DNA of 64,000 nt, taken from the sequence record OP856590.1. The stretch is one strand, 5' to 3'. The position numbers and the translations under genes are program-made. The notes beneath the pieces are model-generated. The model did not search any database, was not told the DNA's origin, and saw only the letters and a program-made list of their open reading frames with translations. This DNA is from Escherichia phage Ec_MI-02. Every line of letters begins with the position of its first letter. Position 1 is the first letter of the stretch. This document shows positions 58,934 to 64,000 of this stretch, in pieces.

Positions 58934-59384
58934 AATCCACCACTATTAAATCAATATCAGGAGTAAACATGTCAATTAATTTAGAAACCTTATCCCAATC
59001 ACCACCAGCAATACCGCAACCTATGCGTGGAATGTAAATTACTGGTTTAAACAAAAGGGTTTCTGCCTGTAGATTTAATTCTATCATGCAATTTACTAAA
59101 GCACCATAATCAAGATTAGGACCCGGTTCGTATTGCGTATACAAATTATAGCACATACTAAATCCTGTAGGATTATGTTTAAAAACAATAGACATATCGC
59201 CTAATTTATCACGAGAACCGTACTCGGTAGTGGTTTTATCTATTTCTAAAATTTTGGGATAGGCTCTTGCTAATTGACCCGCTACGCCAGAGCCCATTGT
59301 GTGGAAGCAATTGCACCCGTGCGCAATAATATTACCTTGAAGAAATAGGGCGACAATATCGCCCTTGATATATTTTACAATCAT
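58905..59384 (-). CDS. macro-domain protein (159 aa), predicted ADP-ribose binding/hydrolase
   Basis: macro motif IAHGCNCFHTMGSGVAGQLA and C-terminal GCGIAGGDW. Confidence 0.65.
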   Translation of the reverse strand: MIVKYIKGDIVALFLQGNIIAHGCNCFHTMGSGVAGQLARAYPKILEIDKTTTEYGSRDKLGDMSIVFKHNPTGFSMCYNLYTQYEPGPNLDYGALVNCMIELNLQAETLLFKPVIYIPRIGCGIAGGDWDKVSKLIDMFTPDIDLIVVDYESTLPASV

Positions 59385-59728
59385 CTAGTACTCAATCCTC
59401 GATTATAAGAATCTACTAAACGGTCAACCATTGAATGACAAGCGGCTTTATCTTTCTCCTCCGCAACTGAACATTCTAAGGTATTCCACTTTTTAGCATA
59501 TCGCTTTAACAATGTATCATTTTTGTATCTGCTTGATTTATCTCTTTCTCCGTCTTTATATGCATATATTAATTTCTGTGCAAATTCAGCTTGGCATGCT
59601 TTATTTTTCCCGCAATAATCCGCGGCAGTACGATTTACATACTCTCTAATTTCAGTATATGATGTATCTGCTGATGCAGAAGCAGAAAATGAAATTAATC
59701 CTATACATAAAACCAAAATTTTAGTCAT
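59381..59728 (-). CDS. secreted hypothetical protein (115 aa), vs-position
   Basis: signal peptide; 115 aa as T4 vs by memory; identity unverified. Confidence 0.45.
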   Translation of the reverse strand: MTKILVLCIGLISFSASASADTSYTEIREYVNRTAADYCGKNKACQAEFAQKLIYAYKDGERDKSSRYKNDTLLKRYAKKWNTLECSVAEEKDKAACHSMVDRLVDSYNRGLSTR

Positions 59729-60266
59729 TTACTATTTCCAAAAGTTTATTATTTTTAAGGTAATTAGCCTTTTCTAGGACTTCAGAAGCATATTTAGAAC
59801 CTGCTTTAACATTCCATCCCGAATTATAAGAGGATATTGCTTTTCTTATATCGCCCTTATGTATATTTAACCAATAAGAAAGTTCAATGTACGCCCAGGA
59901 AGCTGAATTGGACCGTTTATTCAACATTCTTTTTATTTCAGCATCGGTCATATTATAACCAAGTTCCTTAACTCTTGCTCGCATGGTCGGCAAATAATTT
60001 TGGAACATTCCATAGGCATGATGCTTTGGTTTAGATTTTAAATTAACTCCGGCAGAGCTTTCTTGCCATAAAATAGCAGCCATTATATGACCCAATCCGC
60101 TCTTGTGGATATTTTTGTGTGTTTTATATTTTCCATCCTTAGAAAATTGTTCCCCGAATTGATATGCGTAACGCATGTTATCGAGTTGGACATTACTGAA
60201 AGTATGCTCGGAGCTATGTGCCATCATTGAAATGGCCAATAGACCAGCGAGTAGTGCTTTTCTCAT
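59721..60266 (-). CDS. secreted lytic transglycosylase/lysozyme-like protein (181 aa)
   Basis: signal peptide; Slt-like core ILWQESSAG...YGMFQ. Confidence 0.55.
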   Translation of the reverse strand: MRKALLAGLLAISMMAHSSEHTFSNVQLDNMRYAYQFGEQFSKDGKYKTHKNIHKSGLGHIMAAILWQESSAGVNLKSKPKHHAYGMFQNYLPTMRARVKELGYNMTDAEIKRMLNKRSNSASWAYIELSYWLNIHKGDIRKAISSYNSGWNVKAGSKYASEVLEKANYLKNNKLLEIVND

Positions 60267-60273
60267 GCTTACC

Positions 60274-60735
60274 TCATTGAGTTTTAATTACTGCTTTAGA
60301 AGCCTTTCCTGGTAAACGACGACTGTTGATAATTGCCATCCTGCATTGAAGCGACGGGTCTTTGAACTTTGCATTAGGTTTACAAACTGTAAATCCAAGC
60401 CAAAGATTTCCATCTGTGATTTCTAAACGCCCAGGACGATATTCAACCCCATCAATAAAATCCTCGTCAATGTCAGGACGCGGAGGCATACTCAGGAATT
60501 CATTAACTTCTAAAACATGGTCTTTTATTTTGTGGAATAATTCAAAAACATATGTCTCATCAATCTCCCGTTGAATTGCACGATCAAGAAGATGCTGAGA
60601 ATATTTTAGATGAAACGATGAGACCCCTGCTGCTTTTGATGCCTCACGAATCTCATTGTTAATTTGACGAAACTCCGACTCAAAGTGACGACGAAGCTTA
60701 TTTCGACGGATAAAAACTTCTGTGTTGATAGTCAT
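60274..60735 (-). CDS. regB: RegB endoribonuclease (153 aa)
   Basis: 153 aa; position upstream of vs block; early promoter with perfect TATAAT upstream. Confidence 0.8.
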   Translation of the reverse strand: MTINTEVFIRRNKLRRHFESEFRQINNEIREASKAAGVSSFHLKYSQHLLDRAIQREIDETYVFELFHKIKDHVLEVNEFLSMPPRPDIDEDFIDGVEYRPGRLEITDGNLWLGFTVCKPNAKFKDPSLQCRMAIINSRRLPGKASKAVIKTQ

Positions 60736-60762
60736 GTTATTCTCCTCTTAACTGATAGAAAA

Positions 60763-60792
60763 ATTATACCACAGTCAAGAGGAAAAGTAAAC
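60763..60792 (-). promoter_or_regulatory. T4 early-type promoter for regB
   Basis: GTTTAC-N18-TATAAT. Confidence 0.6.
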
Positions 60793-60794
60793 AG

Positions 60795-61073
60795 TTATTC
60801 TTTAAATCTAATCAATTTATTCATAGACTTTGAAACTTCTGCACGGACCTCATGCAGGTTTTTAAGCTGTTCAAGACGTTGCTCATAGTAAGCAATTTCA
60901 TCTTCTTCAAGACAGTCCTGTGAATCTTCTTTAAGATAACGCGCATAGTCCTGGAAAGCTTTACGGACTACTTCTTGGAAGTCATCAAGACTTTGAATTT
61001 TCTTAGGAGCAACAGATACACGACGAGGGGCAGTATAATACTCATAACCAAACCCTGCGCTTAATTGAGCCAT
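60795..61073 (-). CDS. hypothetical protein (92 aa)
   Basis: track start GTG; [11 protein letters not shown] with TAATG coupling. Confidence 0.5.
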   Translation of the reverse strand: MAQLSAGFGYEYYTAPRRVSVAPKKIQSLDDFQEVVRKAFQDYARYLKEDSQDCLEEDEIAYYEQRLEQLKNLHEVRAEVSKSMNKLIRFKE

Positions 61074-61339
61074 TAATATTTTTCCTCTGGTTGGAACACA
61101 GCACGACAAGCCCACATACTGGCTTCTTTGAGTTTCGTTTTAGCAATAGTTAACTGATCGAGGCTTTCAGCATAATTCTTCGCGAATTCACAGTCTTCAC
61201 AATTATCTAGTGCTTCCCAAAATTCATCGTATAAAGCGTCAAAGATAAGTCCTAAACGAACTTCAGCATCTTTGATAGCATTCACTTTACCGATTTTCTC
61301 TTCAGTATGTGGCTTATAACCTTTAATATCTTCAATCAT
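61073..61339 (-). CDS. small helical protein (88 aa), vs.4-position candidate
   Basis: trimmed to ATG (GAGGAAG SD, ATGATTGA overlap); fourth ORF above vs counting regB. Confidence 0.45.
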   Translation of the reverse strand: MIEDIKGYKPHTEEKIGKVNAIKDAEVRLGLIFDALYDEFWEALDNCEDCEFAKNYAESLDQLTIAKTKLKEASMWACRAVFQPEEKY

Positions 61340-61553
61340 ATTTGACTTCCTCACCAGTACATAAATCATATTCAACTAAACGAATAGGTTCATGAATGCC
61401 ATATCCTTGAACAGAAATTTCTGTCGTAGGATAAATTCCATCAATATCACCCATGGTCCATGCTTCATTAAATTGCTGTTCGCCTGAATTACTAAACCAC
61501 TCGGCGAAAGCATTTAACACATCTTTAGAACCTTCAATAATTATCTTTGCCAT
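61332..61553 (-). CDS. hypothetical protein (73 aa)
   Basis: ATG; TAATG coupling. Confidence 0.5.
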   Translation of the reverse strand: MAKIIIEGSKDVLNAFAEWFSNSGEQQFNEAWTMGDIDGIYPTTEISVQGYGIHEPIRLVEYDLCTGEEVKYD

Positions 61554-61915
61554 TACAAGCTCTCAGTAAAGGTACGAGCGATAACGTCGCGCTGCTGTTC
61601 CGGAGTCAGAGAGTTAAAGCGAACTGCATAACCGGATACACGGATGGTCAGCTGCGGATATTTTTCCGGATGCTTAACTGCATCTTCCAGAGTTTCACGA
61701 CGCAGAACGTTAACGTTCAGGTGTTGACCACCTTCAATTTTAACTGTAGGATGTGATTCAATTTCAATTTCACGGGTGTGCAAACCGTAGAAAATTTCTG
61801 GGTCTACAAAAGAGTCCTCTTTAAAGGTTTTAGAAACAATAATTCGTGCTTGAATACCATCTTCAAAATAAATAGTACCTTTATGTGTGCCTTCAAGAAT
61901 TTGATATGCTTTCAT
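61553..61915 (-). CDS. autonomous glycyl radical cofactor GrcA/YfiD-like (120 aa)
   Basis: C-terminal [24 protein letters not shown] glycyl-radical signature. Confidence 0.7.
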   Translation of the reverse strand: MKAYQILEGTHKGTIYFEDGIQARIIVSKTFKEDSFVDPEIFYGLHTREIEIESHPTVKIEGGQHLNVNVLRRETLEDAVKHPEKYPQLTIRVSGYAVRFNSLTPEQQRDVIARTFTESL

Positions 61916-61921
61916 ATAACC

Positions 61922-62251
61922 TCAATTAGAAAATAAATTTATCCAAGACTGTTCTTTAATTAAAAATGGCTCAGAATCATATGCCATTAAACTTTGGGTG
62001 ATTAGTCCTTTAAAAGGTCCATCAATAAATTCCATGGTAAAATATGGAATTTTATTCATTAATCTTGCATTAGGAGCAGTACACAAAACTCTGCATCCTT
62101 TGAATACACCTTTTTGTAATTTGTATTGCTTAGGATAAAATTCGCTCAAGACATTATTATTTGCCAAAATTTCAAAATGATTCACCAATTTATTTTTAAT
62201 AGTTTTTGGCGAAAAATAAAGATATTCGAAAAGCTGTGTGTCTGTCATCAT
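61922..62251 (-). CDS. hypothetical protein (109 aa)
   Basis: track ORF trimmed to ATG with ATGA coupling. Confidence 0.5.
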   Translation of the reverse strand: MMTDTQLFEYLYFSPKTIKNKLVNHFEILANNNVLSEFYPKQYKLQKGVFKGCRVLCTAPNARLMNKIPYFTMEFIDGPFKGLITQSLMAYDSEPFLIKEQSWINLFSN

Positions 62252-62835
62252 TGCATTCCGATCACAAAAAATTGAGGACGAGTAATACCACCGGTGCAAC
62301 ATTTACTATTGCAACAGTATTGTACAGTTTCAATATGAATATCGTAAATTTTATCCATATCGGGAGATTTAACAGGCTCATCGATTATATACAAAATCCG
62401 CGAAAGCGATAAACCTCTGAACTTGCTGCCTCTATTACCGATAAAACTACGGACAGAATCAGTAAATAAACGAAAACGTATATCATCACTAGAATAACGA
62501 GAAAATTCTTTTTTAATGTGGCCTGCAGAAATTTTAGCGTAAGCTGAAGTATTAGAAAGAACAATAACTGTTCCACCGTCATACAGCCAATTAGCAGCAA
62601 AGTTAGTCACAGCAGTTGATTTACCAGATTGGCGTCCACCATCTAGTCGAAGTGTACAATATTGTTTAAGCAAGTCTTCAAATGGTGGAATATAATCGTT
62701 TTTACAAATTTCTTCTACTCTAGCATCAGAATGGTGTGTAAAAGCATTCATCAGGGATAGATAAGGACCAGTTAAAAATGTTCTCATTTTATTCTCTCTA
62801 AATTTGGGCCATTCCATGGCGCATGAATTGTCCAT
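62248..62835 (-). CDS. P-loop NTPase-like protein (195 aa or 179 aa from second ATG)
   Basis: Walker A GGRQSGKST; start ambiguous (62835 or 62787). Confidence 0.55.
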   Translation of the reverse strand: MDNSCAMEWPKFRENKMRTFLTGPYLSLMNAFTHHSDARVEEICKNDYIPPFEDLLKQYCTLRLDGGRQSGKSTAVTNFAANWLYDGGTVIVLSNTSAYAKISAGHIKKEFSRYSSDDIRFRLFTDSVRSFIGNRGSKFRGLSLSRILYIIDEPVKSPDMDKIYDIHIETVQYCCNSKCCTGGITRPQFFVIGMQ

Positions 62836-62940
62836 TTCTGTATTTACCCATTACCGCACTTGGGCTCGACCTTATTACAGGTTGGCGGGAATCCCTCATA
62901 GAATCATGAGGTCCAGCTTGTTCCCATATTTCTTATTTGC

Positions 62941-63414
62941 TTATTTGAATGATTTGACGTACTGAATAGAGCCTTTGCTATTCACGAAAGCGATTTTACC
63001 ATTTTTGTTATACATGGTAGCAGTACGCTGATAACCATAAGTTTGTTTACCAGATTGATAACCAACTAATGCGAAATTATCTTCACCCATTTTATTCTGC
63101 TTAGCGCGGATACGTTCATGACCGTGTGCCATAAGAACCTTAGCGTCGCCAGTTGCAATGGATCTACGAGTTTTTTCATCTTCAACTGTATTAACAAAAT
63201 CGTCAAATGAATCAAATTTAGCATGAGATTTATTATACAGTTTTCCATCTACTGCATAATTATATCCCTGTACATCCATCTCAACTTCTGTACCATCATC
63301 CAATACAGCAGTGATTTTTTGACCTTTTTTAAATTTCAAAAGATCAGTAAAAGATTCAGCGATAATTTGAGAATTAATAGCTGCTTCAGTGATAAATTCT
63401 TGATATGTTTTCAT
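62941..63414 (-). CDS. internal-protein-like protein with capsid targeting sequence (157 aa)
   Basis: N-terminus MKTYQEFITEA matches the T4 internal protein CTS; basic protein. Confidence 0.6.
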   Translation of the reverse strand: MKTYQEFITEAAINSQIIAESFTDLLKFKKGQKITAVLDDGTEVEMDVQGYNYAVDGKLYNKSHAKFDSFDDFVNTVEDEKTRRSIATGDAKVLMAHGHERIRAKQNKMGEDNFALVGYQSGKQTYGYQRTATMYNKNGKIAFVNSKGSIQYVKSFK

Positions 63415-63423
63415 GTGTTTCCT

Positions 63424-63840
63424 TTAAATGTAAATAGTTTTACCGTAGTATTTATACCAGTATGGCTTCATTAAAATTTTTTCATCGAGTCGTTGTTGAC
63501 TCAACTTAATAGCTGATTTGCATGGATTATAATCATTTTTCCATTCTGCTGGAATATCGCTGATGTCAGGAACTTCAGTATCTTTTATACTAAACCCACG
63601 TTTTAAGCATTCCGTTATAATGTCTGATTGACGCTTTCGCAAAAATTCTAACTTATCGTAAAAGAACGTGACATGACCAGAACCTAAAATAAACTCGGAA
63701 GATATTTTAAAATCTTTAACCCGCTTACCATTTGCAACATGTTTACGAACTATACCAAAAACACGCGGCAGTTCACGGTATTCTGCGATTAAATGTTGAT
63801 CAGCAAGTTCAGATACTAAAGTCAAATTAATACGAGTCAT
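63424..63840 (-). CDS. denV: endonuclease V (pyrimidine dimer DNA glycosylase, 138 aa)
   Basis: 138 aa; [17 protein letters not shown] start; ATG confirmed. Confidence 0.9.
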   Translation of the reverse strand: MTRINLTLVSELADQHLIAEYRELPRVFGIVRKHVANGKRVKDFKISSEFILGSGHVTFFYDKLEFLRKRQSDIITECLKRGFSIKDTEVPDISDIPAEWKNDYNPCKSAIKLSQQRLDEKILMKPYWYKYYGKTIYI

Positions 63841-63864
63841 TTTATCCCTCCAAGTAACTGTTAA

Positions 63865-63895
63865 TATACTATCACAATTCTAGGAGAAAGTAAAC
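63865..63895 (-). promoter_or_regulatory. T4 early-type promoter upstream of denV
   Basis: GTTTAC-N18-TAGTAT between e stop and denV start. Confidence 0.45.
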
Positions 63896-63899
63896 AACT

Positions 63900-64000
<101 letters not shown>

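Noticed and set aside
62836-62940. Possible tRNA in the GC-rich intergenic segment
   Set aside because: No acceptor stem complementary to a CCA-proximal strand on either strand and no canonical T-loop; T4 tRNA genes map beyond this window
5261-63248. Same-strand alternative-frame ORFs inside larger genes (5261..5449, 14526..14735, 16089..16325, 22652..22852, 24927..25112, 26133..26324, 32204..32467, 34373..34567, 34897..35118, 47823..48014, 52923..53117, 58511..58699, 62385..62600, 63066..63248)
   Set aside because: Embedded out of frame in recognised proteins (43, 46, gt, a-gt, seg-like and others) with no independent signals
444-63474. Most plus-strand ORFs in the track (e.g. 444..638, 1990..2238, 2980..3189, 4214..4774, 6319..6988, 9986..10355, 19513..19767, 25684..26028, 29638..30054, 42324..42979, 52822..53163, 63223..63474)
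   Set aside because: Each lies antisense inside a well-supported minus-strand gene, lacks a Shine-Dalgarno sequence and has low-complexity composition typical of reverse-frame artefacts in AT-rich DNA

Overview
This window is the left ~64 kb of a T-even (T4-like, Tevenvirinae) myovirus genome, starting at rIIA and ending inside the lysozyme gene e. Almost all genes lie on the minus strand in the standard T4 early/middle order: rIIA, 39, dexA, dda, modA/modB, soc, 56, 61, sp, 41, 40, uvsX, gt, 42, imm, 43, regA, 62, 44, 45, rpbA, 46, 47, a-gt, 55, nrdH, nrdG, nrdD, 49, nrdC, a long block of uncharacterised nrdC-tk ORFs, rI, tk, regB, denV, e. All calls are by recognition of protein sequence, length and gene order; no database search was run. 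It is not T4 itself: topoisomerase gene 39 is fused with gene 60 (no mobA, no bypass element), the gt locus holds a 280 aa GT-A-like enzyme instead of the 351 aa T4 beta-gt, nrdD is intronless, and an internal-protein-like gene sits downstream of denV. The ORF track often begins ORFs at upstream TTG/GTG codons; where an ATG with a Shine-Dalgarno sequence follows I trimmed the start and say so. Coordinates I derived myself may be off by 1 nt (one local mismatch between the printed sequence and the track was seen near 18155-18250). Intergenic regions carry many T4-type early promoters (GTTTAC -35 / TATAAT-like -10), MotA-box middle promoters, two TATAAATA late promoters and GC hairpins with UUCG loops. 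The most interesting candidates are a Pol-beta-type nucleotidyltransferase-like gene in an operon with a membrane protein and a paralogue pair next to an AAA+ ATPase, a tandem family of four coiled-coil paralogues, two homing-endonuclease insertions, a plus-strand membrane ORF between 56 and 61, a macro-domain protein and capsid-targeting-sequence proteins.
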